A stretch of 27,803 nucleotides of DNA from a virus (lineage: Duplodnaviria > Caudoviricetes): the IMG/VR virus record IMGVR_UViG_3300025635_000130, positions 1 through 27,803 of that record; one strand, 5' to 3'. Shown here in pieces: positions 7,351-16,739 of the stretch; position 1 is the first letter of the stretch; every line of letters begins with the position of its first letter. The position numbers were made by a program, and so were the translations under genes. The notes beneath the pieces were generated by a model. The model was not told the origin of the DNA. It saw only the letters and a list, made by a program, of their open reading frames with translations, and did not search any database.

Positions 7351-8563
7351 TCTCCCCGAATACGCAGCCGACATGTGGGAGCCGTTCCGCCATCTGGCGT
7401 GGTACGGCGGTCGCGGCGCTGCCAAGTCGCGCACGGTCGCAACAGGATTAATCTTGCAGGCGACAGAGCGGCATGAGCGGGTTCTCTGCGGGCGCGAGGT
7501 GCAAAAATCGATCAAGGATAGTGTGAAGCGCTTGCTTGACGATGAGATTGCCCGGCTTGGCTTGTCGTCGGTGTTTGAGAGTGTCGAGAATGAGATACGC
7601 GGGCCGAATGAGAGCCTGTTCTTATTCAACGGCATTCGCGGTAATGCCAATGCGATTAAATCGATTGAGGGCATAACGACATTTTGGGGCGAAGAGGCAC
7701 AGGCATTTAGCCAGGCCAGTATTGATACCGTTATCCCGACAATCCGTGCGCCGAATAGCAGGCTTATATGGACATGGAACCCAGACCTCGCGACTGATCC
7801 GGTCGACGTCCTTTTCCGGGGTGAGGATGGCGGACCGCCTAATACTATTTCTCGCATGGTGAATTACGAGGATAATCCTTGGTTCCCTGATGTGCTCCGC
7901 GCGGAGATGGAATATGACCGCAAGAGGGATTATGACAAATATCTTCATGTGTGGCGTGGAGAGTATCGCAAGAACAGCGAGGCGCGCGTTTTCAAGAATT
8001 GGACGGTCGAGCCATTCGATAGCCCGGATAACGTGGAATATCGCCTCGGTGCGGATTTTGGGTTTTCGATTGACCCCAGCGTTATGGTTCGGTGCTGGAT
8101 CGATGGCACTCGGCTTTATGTCGACCATGAAGCTTGGGGGCTTGGCGTTGAGGTCGATCACCTTCCGGCACTTTTCCTATCGATCCCTGATGCCGAGAGG
8201 TATTGGGCGACGGCGGACAGTTCGCGCCCGGAGACGATCAGCTACCTGAGGCGGAATGGCTTCCCGCACATAGCTCCAGCACTCAAGGGCAAGCGATCGT
8301 TGGAGGAGGGTGTGGAATTTCTCAAGAGCTATGATCTGATTATTCACCCGCGCTGCACGCATCTTTCCGACGAACTGACCCACTACAGCTATAAGACTGA
8401 TCCCTTGACCGGGCAGGTGTTGGCTGATCTCGAGGACAAGAACAATCACTGCATCGATGCGCTGCGCTACGCCGTGGAGGGTGCGCGGAGGGCATTGCAG
8501 GGAAAACCCAAGATCGTGTCTATCGCTGTCCCCACCATGGCAACGGCTTTCAACCGCCGTTGA
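7331..8563 (+). CDS. terL: Terminase large subunit (PBSX/Sf6 type, headful packaging)
   Basis: YGGRGAAKS Walker A, WGEEA Walker B, TWNP, GADFG and NHCIDALRYA nuclease motifs. Confidence 0.97.
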   Translation: MPIKQVDLPEYAADMWEPFRHLAWYGGRGAAKSRTVATGLILQATERHERVLCGREVQKSIKDSVKRLLDDEIARLGLSSVFESVENEIRGPNESLFLFNGIRGNANAIKSIEGITTFWGEEAQAFSQASIDTVIPTIRAPNSRLIWTWNPDLATDPVDVLFRGEDGGPPNTISRMVNYEDNPWFPDVLRAEMEYDRKRDYDKYLHVWRGEYRKNSEARVFKNWTVEPFDSPDNVEYRLGADFGFSIDPSVMVRCWIDGTRLYVDHEAWGLGVEVDHLPALFLSIPDAERYWATADSSRPETISYLRRNGFPHIAPALKGKRSLEEGVEFLKSYDLIIHPRCTHLSDELTHYSYKTDPLTGQVLADLEDKNNHCIDALRYAVEGARRALQGKPKIVSIAVPTMATAFNRR

Positions 8564-8597
8564 CGTACCGCTAGATTAGCGGTATTCTATTACCGCT
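8560..8597 (+). promoter_or_regulatory. Sigma70-like promoter of the portal gene with palindromic operator candidate
   Basis: TTGACG(8560)-17-TATTCT(8583); AGCGGTA-N6-TACCGCT at 8578-8597 plus a third half-site TACCGCT at 8566. Confidence 0.7.
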
Positions 8598-8640
8598 CGA
8601 CCGCACCTCGGGCGCTCGCTCTATGCTTGAGGTGCGCCTA

Positions 8641-10692
8641 ATGGATAACGACCAGCCCGATGTTCTCAACCGGGCACTGATGCGGTTTAACGAGATTTCC
8701 TCAGCCACACGCGATGAGCGCATGATGGCTATCGAGGACCGCCGCTTTGTCTTCATTCAGGGTGCGCAGTGGGAAGGTGACTGGGGACAGCAGTTCGAGA
8801 ACTGCCTGCGCGTCCAGATTAACAAGGTGCAGCGCGGTCACGACAAGATCATCAATGACTATCGCGCCAATCGCTTCACCGTCAATTTCCGCCCCAAAGG
8901 ATCCGGTGGCAATGAGGGTGATGCCGAGCTGTTGAATGGCCTGCTCTACGCCGACATGTACCGCAGCGCAGGCGGTGAGGCGTTGGACAATGCGTTCGGT
9001 GAAGGCGCAGCAGGTGGCATGGGTGCGTGGCGTCTGTGCAACGAGTATGAGGATGAGACGGACGCGGACAATGACCACCAGCGCATAGCCATCATGCCTA
9101 TCGTGGATGCGGATCAACGGGTTTACTTCGATCTCGACGCCAAGCGCTATGACAAGTCCGACGCGCGCTATGCCTATGTGATGCACTCCATGACACATGA
9201 GGCATTCAAGGATGAATATGGCGACGACAGGATGGCGACATGGCCGGAGAACCGTGCACGCCCGAACTGGTTTGACTGGTTCCGTCCTTCGGTCGTCTAT
9301 GTCGCGGAATATTACGAGGTCGAGACGGTCAAGCGCGATCTCCAGATCTACAACCGCGACGAGACTGAGGAAGAATATCGCTATTGGGCCGAGGACATGA
9401 CGCCCGAGATGAAGCAGGATTTGAAGGACCGTGAATTCACTGTCCGCACCCGCCGCGTTCCGAGGAAGAAAGTCCGCAAGTGGATATTGTCCGGTGCCGA
9501 GGTGCTGGAGGATTGCGGTTATATCGCGGGTCCGAATATTCCGATCATTCCCTTCTATGGCAAGCGTGTATTCATCGATAACGTGGAGCGCTTCAAGGGC
9601 CACGTGAGGGATGCGAAAGACCCGGCGCGCGTCTACAATGCCCAGATCAGCAAGCTCACCGAGACGGCCAGCCTCGCACCTCGTGAAGTGCCCATCTTTG
9701 CGCCTGAGCAGGTCGAGGGCTTGCAGCAGCATTGGGAGCGCATGAACATCGAGCGCCATCCTTATGGGCTGGCGTATCCTGTTCTTGACCCCATCACCGG
9801 CAGCATCGTGCAGACCGGCCCGATTGCCAAGATCGATCCACCGCAGCTTTCCCCCGTCCTAGGCGCGCTCATCCAGCAGACCGGAGCGGACATTGCCGAG
9901 ATTACCAATGGCGATGATGGTTCGATGGAAATCAAGTCCAACGTCTCGGGTGAGGCGATGGATATTGCCGCGTCCCGCGTCGATGCGAAGTCCTACATCT
10001 ACATGGATAACTTCAAGCTCTCGGTGCAGCGCTTTGGCGAGGTCTATGAGGGCATGGCCCGCGAGATTTACGTTGAGGAAGGCCGCGAGGTTGAGACGAT
10101 GGACGAGGATGGTGAAACCTCGACCGCTACTCTGCATGAGATTTACACCGATCCTAAGACCAACGTCACCGACAGGCGGCACGATCTCTCGGTAGGTAAA
10201 TTCAATGTTGTCGCGGATGTAACCGAGGCGACAGCAACCCGCCGTGACAAGACCGTGCGCACGATGATCGCGCTTGCCAATACCGCAGCGACGTTCGGTG
10301 CCAATGATCTCGCCTCCGCATCCCTGCTAACCGCGATCAAGAACATGGATGGCGAAGGCGTCGACGATTACAAGCAATATGCGCATCGCCAAGCCGTGCA
10401 GATCGGCCTTGATGAGATGACGCCAGAGGAAGAGCAGCAGGCCGCACAGGCGCAGCAGAACCAGCAGCCAGATCCGCAGCAGGTCGTGATGATGCGTCAG
10501 GCCGATGCACTGGCGGCGCAGGCGGACAAGTTCCGCTCCGGTGCACAGCTTGACGAAGCCAAGACAATCCAGACGCTTGCCGATGCCAAAAAGAAGGCGA
10601 ACGAGGCTGGGCAGATTGCGGCGCAACCGCTGCCTACAACCCATTCGCTAGGCGTCGATCAAACAAACAGAATGTTGTCAAGTGCGGCTTGA
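8641..10692 (+). CDS. Portal protein, P22 gp1/Sf6 gp3-like
   Basis: About 680 aa after TerL; GAQW, INKV, GMGAWR, IPIIPFYG, VRDAKDPARVYN, Q-rich C-terminal barrel; ATG 8641 preferred (SD GAGGTG), 8623 possible. Confidence 0.95.
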   Translation: MDNDQPDVLNRALMRFNEISSATRDERMMAIEDRRFVFIQGAQWEGDWGQQFENCLRVQINKVQRGHDKIINDYRANRFTVNFRPKGSGGNEGDAELLNGLLYADMYRSAGGEALDNAFGEGAAGGMGAWRLCNEYEDETDADNDHQRIAIMPIVDADQRVYFDLDAKRYDKSDARYAYVMHSMTHEAFKDEYGDDRMATWPENRARPNWFDWFRPSVVYVAEYYEVETVKRDLQIYNRDETEEEYRYWAEDMTPEMKQDLKDREFTVRTRRVPRKKVRKWILSGAEVLEDCGYIAGPNIPIIPFYGKRVFIDNVERFKGHVRDAKDPARVYNAQISKLTETASLAPREVPIFAPEQVEGLQQHWERMNIERHPYGLAYPVLDPITGSIVQTGPIAKIDPPQLSPVLGALIQQTGADIAEITNGDDGSMEIKSNVSGEAMDIAASRVDAKSYIYMDNFKLSVQRFGEVYEGMAREIYVEEGREVETMDEDGETSTATLHEIYTDPKTNVTDRRHDLSVGKFNVVADVTEATATRRDKTVRTMIALANTAATFGANDLASASLLTAIKNMDGEGVDDYKQYAHRQAVQIGLDEMTPEEEQQAAQAQQNQQPDPQQVVMMRQADALAAQADKFRSGAQLDEAKTIQTLADAKKKANEAGQIAAQPLPTTHSLGVDQTNRMLSSAA

Positions 10693-10717
10693 TATTAATC
10701 GTATTTTTCGATATAAA
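10689..10717 (+). promoter_or_regulatory. Sigma70-like promoter of the scaffold gene
   Basis: TTGATA(10689)-17-TATAAA(10712). Confidence 0.6.
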
Positions 10718-10747
10718 GCCGCATCTTAAATCAGTGGAGCGATTAAT

Positions 10748-11557
10748 ATGCCCGGTGAAGACGATGACCTGATCGACATTACCCCGGAAATTGAGCAAGA
10801 AATCCCTGATAATGCTCCCCCGCCCGAGGATGAGGGTGACGAAACGGTAATCGGTTTCGCTGATGATGAAGGCGAAGACCAAGAAGAAACGCCCCTCATC
10901 AAGCGGCTGCGGGAACAGTACCGCGAACTGAGCCGCAAGCTTCACAGCAAGGCCAAGACGGTTGAGACGGACGACCCAGAGCCGCAGGTTTTGAGCCGCA
11001 AGCGCCTCGAGGACTTTGATTACGACAGCGACCGCTTCGATGAATATGACGAACAGCGTGAGGCGTCGCTACAAGCCCATGCTGACTGGCGCGCGCGGGA
11101 AGGTGCTCGCAAGGAATCGCGAGACAGGGCGAGAAACGAGCAGTCCCGCCAGATCGAACAGCAGCGCCGCGCGCTAGGCGTCTCTGACTATGATGACCGC
11201 GCTGCCATAGTGCAGGACCGCCTGAACGATGCGCAAATAGCCGTCATCATCAACGGAGCCGACAATCCCGCGCAGGTGATCTACGCCCTTGGTCGTTCGC
11301 AGGCCCGCCTCGACATGCTGGCAGGTGAAGACAATCTCGCCAAGTTCGCAGTCATGCTCGGCAAGCTCGAAAAGGACATCAAGGTGACGAAACGTAAGCC
11401 TCCTGCCCCTGAAAGCCGCGTGCGTGGCGCAACGGCATCAACCGCTGTTACGAGTACCGACAAAGAACTTGAGCGCCTTGATAATGAGGCAGTGCGGACA
11501 GGCGACCGCAGCAAGATCGCGGCCTATCGCCGGGAACTTCGCAAACGGGCTGCTTGA
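10748..11557 (+). CDS. Capsid scaffolding protein
   Basis: Acidic N-terminus, helical core, basic C-terminal helix-loop-helix (LERL..EA.RTGD.SKIAAYRRELR) like the P22 gp8 coat-binding domain; lies between portal and coat. Confidence 0.88.
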   Translation: MPGEDDDLIDITPEIEQEIPDNAPPPEDEGDETVIGFADDEGEDQEETPLIKRLREQYRELSRKLHSKAKTVETDDPEPQVLSRKRLEDFDYDSDRFDEYDEQREASLQAHADWRAREGARKESRDRARNEQSRQIEQQRRALGVSDYDDRAAIVQDRLNDAQIAVIINGADNPAQVIYALGRSQARLDMLAGEDNLAKFAVMLGKLEKDIKVTKRKPPAPESRVRGATASTAVTSTDKELERLDNEAVRTGDRSKIAAYRRELRKRAA

Positions 11558-11590
11558 CGATAGATTTAGTTGGTGGTATCTGAATACCGC
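11554..11590 (+). promoter_or_regulatory. Sigma70-like promoter of the coat gene with palindromic operator candidate
   Basis: TTGACG(11554)-17-TATCTG(11577), TG extension; GGTA-TCTGAA-TACCGC at 11575-11590. Confidence 0.7.
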
Positions 11591-11694
11591 TTTCCGTCCC
11601 ATCGGCCACCGGGTGCCGTAAATCCCGCGAGGAAAGCAGCTAACCGGGGTGCGCCCCGAGAAAACGGTTCAACCCCTTTTCTAAAGGCACGCAC

Positions 11695-12966
11695 ATGGCT
11701 AGTAATGATTTTTCGAAAGAAGAGCGCGTCCAGTTCGACGATGTTCTCGAAGGCTTCAACGACGCTCTTGTCGCGTCGAAAAACATCAACACTTACGGCA
11801 CTGATGGCACGCTCATGGAGCGGACCAATGATACCATCTGGCGTCCGCAGCAGTATATCTCGGTAGGCGGCGACCGCGTCGTCGGGTCTGCTGTAAACGC
11901 CAAGAACAAGGTGCAGCTTTCTGTTCCCGCCACCATCGGCTATCAGCCCAATGACACGTTCGAGCTGGACGCTCTTGAAATGCGCGACGCGCTTCAGGAA
12001 GGCCGTCTCGGCATGGCGTCGAAGGACTATTTGGCCTCGCGCATCAATCAGGACGTTCTGGCTGTTGCAACGCTGCAATCGACGCTGGTGGTTCCGATCT
12101 CAACCGCTGCTGGCACCTATGATAACGTCGCGCTCTGCGAAACCATCATGAATGAACAGGGCGTTGATCAGTCCGACCGCTATTTGATGCTCAACACCCG
12201 CGACTACAACGGCATGGCAGGCAATCTGGCATCACGTTCGACGATGCAGGGCAAGCCGACCAACGCCTATGAAAAGAGCTATGTTGGTGAAGTTGCCAAC
12301 TTCGAAACCTTCAAGCTCGACAGTGGTCGCCGGATCGCCGCCAAGGCCGCAACCGGCATTACGATGGATACGCGGGCGAGCGCCTCGAACTATTATGTCC
12401 CGGTTGCCACTCGAACCGCTTCGACTGGCGAAGTTACCAACGTCGACAACCGCTATCAGACGATCACGGTTTCCTCGACCACCGGCATTGCGGCGGGCGA
12501 TGCGTTTACCGTGGCAAATCTGAATGCGGTTCACCACATCAACAAGACCGACACGGGACAGGCCAAGACCTTCCGTGTCATCTCAGTGCCTTCGTCCACC
12601 ACACTGGTGATTTCGCCTCCGATTGTCTCTAATCAGGGCGCTACTGATGTTGAGGAGGCGTACAAGAACGTCAATGTGGTTTCCACCTCTGCTACGGCGG
12701 CACTGACGTTCCTTAACCTCGCGGCATCGGGCTACAACGTGTTCTGGCGCAAGCCCGCTATCGAGCTTCTGCCGGGCCGCTACGCGGTTCCCACAGGACA
12801 AGGCGCGGCTGTCATGAAGGCATCGACCGACAACGGCATCGAGGTCGTGATGACCAAGAAGTTCGACACGCAGACGTTCAAGACCCTGTTCACGTTCGAC
12901 GTTCGCTACGGCGTCGTGATGACGGGGCCGGAACAGTGCGGAATCCTGCTCTTCAATCAGGCTTGA
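11695..12966 (+). CDS. Major capsid protein, P22 gp5 coat family
   Basis: NDFSKEERVQFDDVLEGFND...TIWRPQ...QLSVPA...GDAFT insertion domain...IELLPGRYAVP...YGV. Confidence 0.95.
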   Translation: MASNDFSKEERVQFDDVLEGFNDALVASKNINTYGTDGTLMERTNDTIWRPQQYISVGGDRVVGSAVNAKNKVQLSVPATIGYQPNDTFELDALEMRDALQEGRLGMASKDYLASRINQDVLAVATLQSTLVVPISTAAGTYDNVALCETIMNEQGVDQSDRYLMLNTRDYNGMAGNLASRSTMQGKPTNAYEKSYVGEVANFETFKLDSGRRIAAKAATGITMDTRASASNYYVPVATRTASTGEVTNVDNRYQTITVSSTTGIAAGDAFTVANLNAVHHINKTDTGQAKTFRVISVPSSTTLVISPPIVSNQGATDVEEAYKNVNVVSTSATAALTFLNLAASGYNVFWRKPAIELLPGRYAVPTGQGAAVMKASTDNGIEVVMTKKFDTQTFKTLFTFDVRYGVVMTGPEQCGILLFNQA

Positions 12967-12975
12967 TCGCCAACA

Positions 12976-12991
12976 GGGGGCTTTGGCCCCC
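12976..12991 (+). other. GC hairpin after the coat gene (no U-tract; stabiliser or weak terminator)
   Basis: GGGGGC-TTTG-GCCCCC followed by ACATAC. Confidence 0.45.
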
Positions 12992-13010
12992 ACATACAAG
13001 GAATTGACCT

Positions 13011-13610
13011 ATGTCTACTGTTCTTCTTCCTTATCAGTCCGCCACGATCACTGTTGCGGCCAGTGACAAACTCGCCACATGGAGCCGCGCGGCCTATCTG
13101 GTAACCAAGACCATCGGTTATCCCAATCTGCCGTCAACCGTAGCGACTGTTTACAACAGTTCGGGTGCCAACACGACCTCGGCGTTCTCGGTGGCAACTA
13201 CGGTTACCATTCAGGCTGGTTCCGCTTCGGTATTTTACATGACCGGCACTGGCCCGGTTAATGTGGAGCGCTTCAACCGTGAAACGGTACAGTCCGCCCC
13301 CGGCACGCTCAATGCAACCGGCACCCTGACAGCCGCATTGGTCCTTGGTGGTATAGTAACCTCCACTACGGCTTCGGCGGTTACGGCCACGCTCGACACT
13401 GGCGCGGTCATGGACGCTGTTACCGACATGGCGGCGGATGACGGCTTCTTCTGGTCTGCAATTAATACGGGCGGTACCAACGCCTTCACCGTTACGGCTT
13501 CGTCTGGCCATACCATTGTCGGCGCAGGCGCGGTCGCGGCAAGCTCGTCAGGGCGTTTCCTGACGCGCAAAACTGCCGCTGACACCTTCGTGACCTACCG
13601 CCTGTCCTAA
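13011..13610 (+). CDS. Putative head decoration/structural protein (Ala/Thr/Ser-rich beta protein)
   Basis: Directly after the coat, SD AAGGA, composition typical of capsid accessory proteins. Confidence 0.7.
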   Translation: MSTVLLPYQSATITVAASDKLATWSRAAYLVTKTIGYPNLPSTVATVYNSSGANTTSAFSVATTVTIQAGSASVFYMTGTGPVNVERFNRETVQSAPGTLNATGTLTAALVLGGIVTSTTASAVTATLDTGAVMDAVTDMAADDGFFWSAINTGGTNAFTVTASSGHTIVGAGAVAASSSGRFLTRKTAADTFVTYRLS

Positions 13611-13638
13611 TCGTGCCGGGGCAAAGGAGAACTGAATT

Positions 13639-13971
13639 ATGACCATCCAACCCTTTGCCCCCGCCGAGGGTGGCACGATAACGGTCGCCAACTCTGCGTC
13701 CGCCACGGCGGCAACACCTCTACCGCTGGATTGTGATGTGGTCGTGCTTTCCAATAGCAGCAGCACAGCGACCGTATTCGTGCGAGTTACCTATTACGAC
13801 AAACAGTCGGATACGATGACGGGTGCTGCGCCGACCGTTACGACCGACCTCCCTATCTTGCCACTAAACCAGATACGCAGGCGCGTAGCGCCCGGACGGT
13901 TCAAGGTTATTCGCACGATTGCCTCGGCAGCGGACGGCAACCTCTATATTACGCCCGGAACCGGCAACTAG
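13639..13971 (+). CDS. Small beta-rich virion protein, candidate vertex/spike-base protein
   Basis: SD AAGGAG; 110 aa beta-strand pattern; lies in the head-completion block. Confidence 0.65.
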   Translation: MTIQPFAPAEGGTITVANSASATAATPLPLDCDVVVLSNSSSTATVFVRVTYYDKQSDTMTGAAPTVTTDLPILPLNQIRRRVAPGRFKVIRTIASAADGNLYITPGTGN

Positions 13972-13974
13972 GTC

Positions 13975-14682
13975 GTGGCGGAAATCTGGAAGCCAAAAGA
14001 CCCTGATGAAACGGTCGCCTATGTCGTGGATTGGGCGAGTCAGCTTGGTGATGACACCATAGCATCCTATACATTCGTGGTTTCAACCGGTGATGCGACG
14101 ATAGCCAATACCGTCCAATCCAGCCAAGCCTTCAAATTCTATATTGCTGGCGGCACAGACGATACGACAACGACATTTCTGAACACGATCACGACCACTT
14201 CAGGTCAGGTGCTTGAGCGTCTGTTTTCTCTCTATGTTGGCGACGGTCAGAGCAGCTTCCTCACCACCAGCACGACCAAGCGGCAATTGGTCGAGCAGAT
14301 GTTCACCGAATGCGCGCTGAATGGCTGGGAATATGACCTGACGCCGGAAGAAAAGGACACAGCCCTAACTCGTCTCGACGCGCTTATGTGGGAGCTTCGC
14401 GGACGCGGGATCGATGTTGGCTATAATTTCCCTAATTCTATCGGCGGCGGTTCTCTAAACGATGATCTTGGCTGTCCTGATCAGGCGTTTTTTGGCCTGT
14501 CCGTTCTTGGAGCAAAACGGCTCTGTCCGACTATGGGCAAGACTTTGAGCAAGGAAAGCCGCGAGGCTTTGAATGATGCGATGAAGGCCGTGCGCGCGGC
14601 TGCATCCGGTTTTATTCCTTCTCTATCTCTCGCTCCGGGGACGCCTTTAGGGGCTGGGAATCGGATTCTTTTCGGAGGGTAA
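13975..14682 (+). CDS. Head-to-tail adaptor (P22 gp4-like) with an extra N-terminal KDPD-type beta domain
   Basis: C-terminal TKRQLVEQMF...YDLTPEE...ALTRLDALM...GYNFP...RLCPTMGK pattern of gp4-like proteins; N-terminal KDPDETVAYVVDW...TTTSGQVLER domain. Confidence 0.8.
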   Translation: MAEIWKPKDPDETVAYVVDWASQLGDDTIASYTFVVSTGDATIANTVQSSQAFKFYIAGGTDDTTTTFLNTITTTSGQVLERLFSLYVGDGQSSFLTTSTTKRQLVEQMFTECALNGWEYDLTPEEKDTALTRLDALMWELRGRGIDVGYNFPNSIGGGSLNDDLGCPDQAFFGLSVLGAKRLCPTMGKTLSKESREALNDAMKAVRAAASGFIPSLSLAPGTPLGAGNRILFGG

Positions 14683-16077
14683 ATGCGTGTCCCTGTCATA
14701 TCAGGCGTCAAGGCCAATGAGAACGGCGAGTTCCTGACGAGCTACCCGATCAACCGGGAGCCTGTTCTTAGGGATACCGGGATTTCTGACGGCTATCTTG
14801 CTGTGCCTCCGGGAATTACCGAGGTGGCATCTGGCCTTGGTGAAAATCGAGGTGGCAGGGCATGGAATGGAACCTGTTACCGTGTGATGGGGACCAAGCT
14901 TGTTTCCGTATCTTCGAGCTGGTCCGTCACAGTCTTGGGCGATGTTGGCCCTGGAGGACCATGCGGCTTCGATAACAGCTTCGACAATCTCATCATTAAT
15001 AGCGATGACAGGCTCTATTACTGGAATGCGTCCGCTGGTTTGCGTCAGGTAACAGATGGCGATCTCGGTGCCGTTGTGGACGCCATATTCGTCGATGGTT
15101 ACACCATGACGACTGATGGCACGTCTCTGGTTGTCACCGATCTTAATGACCCTATGGCGGTCGATCCGATCAAGTACGGGTCGAGCGAGGAAAGCCCTGA
15201 CGCTGTTACAGGACTAGTTCATATGCACGGTGAGGTTTACGCGCTCAACCAGAACACGATTCAGGCATTCCAGAACATCGGCGGGACGGGCTTCCCGTTT
15301 CAGACTGTCAAGACTGCGACCGTTCCCTATGGCTGTGTAGGTCCGCATGCGAAATGCAAATATCTCACCACAATCGCTTTTGTCGGGGGGCAGGAAAACG
15401 CTGCGCCGGGTATCTATCTCATGGGCGCGGGTGATGTGGACAAGATCAGCTCCGCCGAGGTTGATGACGCCCTTGCCGCCCTTACTGAAACGGAGCTGGC
15501 AGCAGTATGGATGGAGGCACGCGTCGAGAAAGACGATCAGCGTCTTATCCTTCATCTCCCTGACCGCTCTTGGGTCTTTTCCAGCCAAATATCGGGCCGT
15601 TCATCGGTCAAGACGTGGTGCCAATATGTAACGAGCCTCACCGATACAGGAATGTATGAGGGGCGCGGGCTTGTCTATTGCTATGGCAAGTGGATCGTCG
15701 GGTCATCGGATGGCAAGATCGGCTATCTCGATCGCTCAACAGCGCAGCATTATGGCAGTGACATAAGCTGGCAGTTCGACACAACATTGCTTTATAACGA
15801 TGCCAACAGGGCTATTCTGACCGACATTGAGTTGATCGGCACACCGGGGCGTGGAAGCGCCGATAGTCGCGTGTTCTTCTCCTATTCCAAGGATGGGGAA
15901 TTCTGGTCTCTCGAGCGTTCGACCCCGGCAGGCAGGCAGGGTCAGCATAAAAAGCGCGTGGCATGGCGACCCGGCATAAGGTTCGAGCAATATATGAGCC
16001 TGCGCTTCCGTGGCGCTGATGACAGTGTGATGAGCATCGCTCGGCTTGAATGCGATATTGAAGGGCTGGTGGCGTGA
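14683..16077 (+). CDS. Tail hub / packaged DNA stabilisation protein (P22 gp10-like)
   Basis: SYPIN, RGGRAWNGTCYRVMGTKL, FVDGY, YGSSEESPD, beta-propeller-like pattern; position after gp4. Confidence 0.92.
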   Translation: MRVPVISGVKANENGEFLTSYPINREPVLRDTGISDGYLAVPPGITEVASGLGENRGGRAWNGTCYRVMGTKLVSVSSSWSVTVLGDVGPGGPCGFDNSFDNLIINSDDRLYYWNASAGLRQVTDGDLGAVVDAIFVDGYTMTTDGTSLVVTDLNDPMAVDPIKYGSSEESPDAVTGLVHMHGEVYALNQNTIQAFQNIGGTGFPFQTVKTATVPYGCVGPHAKCKYLTTIAFVGGQENAAPGIYLMGAGDVDKISSAEVDDALAALTETELAAVWMEARVEKDDQRLILHLPDRSWVFSSQISGRSSVKTWCQYVTSLTDTGMYEGRGLVYCYGKWIVGSSDGKIGYLDRSTAQHYGSDISWQFDTTLLYNDANRAILTDIELIGTPGRGSADSRVFFSYSKDGEFWSLERSTPAGRQGQHKKRVAWRPGIRFEQYMSLRFRGADDSVMSIARLECDIEGLVA

Positions 16078-16739
16078 ATCCGCTTCAAACCCGTCGCCTC
16101 ACCCGCCAGCAGATCGGATCGTTCGTCAGTTCAGATCGCGGGGTTCGCGCATTCGAGGCGGTGCAGGAGGACATAACCAACCAATATGATGCCTTAACCA
16201 CGGCGTCATTTCTTACTCTCACCACAGAGCCTACATTGGGCGCGGAGCGAGTGTTGACGCCTACCTCCGGGGAACTTGTCGGAACCGATGATGGCGCGAA
16301 CAGCACCTATACTCTTGGACTTGCCGACACATCCGTAACACCGAATACTTATGGCGATGCTACCAAGACATTATCCTTCACGGTTGATCAGAAGGGCCGC
16401 GTTACTGATGTGCAGGAATTCGGACTGGATACTGACAATATAGCCGAGGGCGCGACCAATCTTTATTTTACCCAAGCCCGCGCCCGGACCAGCCTGTCTG
16501 ATGGAAACGGTATCACATATGATAATACGACCGGAGTTATCAGTGTTACTTCTGCCGGAACATATGGAACGCCTACAGGGACGCTAAGCCGGACGACTTT
16601 CGCGACCTATACTGCGCCGACAATCTCCTCTCCACCAACACAGGCAGAAGTGCAAGCTATAGCCGGTGCGCTTCAGATCGTATCTCGCACACTTGCAGCG
16701 CTCATCACTGATATGGAAGCAAACGGAAACTTGACATAG
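16074..16739 (+). CDS. Tail needle/fibre-like protein at the P22 gp26 position
   Basis: GTGA overlap; fibre motifs VTPNTYG...TVDQKGRVT and TDNIAEGATNLYFTQARAR; C-terminal amphipathic helix. Confidence 0.7.
   Translation: MNPLQTRRLTRQQIGSFVSSDRGVRAFEAVQEDITNQYDALTTASFLTLTTEPTLGAERVLTPTSGELVGTDDGANSTYTLGLADTSVTPNTYGDATKTLSFTVDQKGRVTDVQEFGLDTDNIAEGATNLYFTQARARTSLSDGNGITYDNTTGVISVTSAGTYGTPTGTLSRTTFATYTAPTISSPPTQAEVQAIAGALQIVSRTLAALITDMEANGNLT

Noticed and set aside
8701-9759. 352-aa minus-strand ORF
   Set aside because: Antisense shadow of the portal gene
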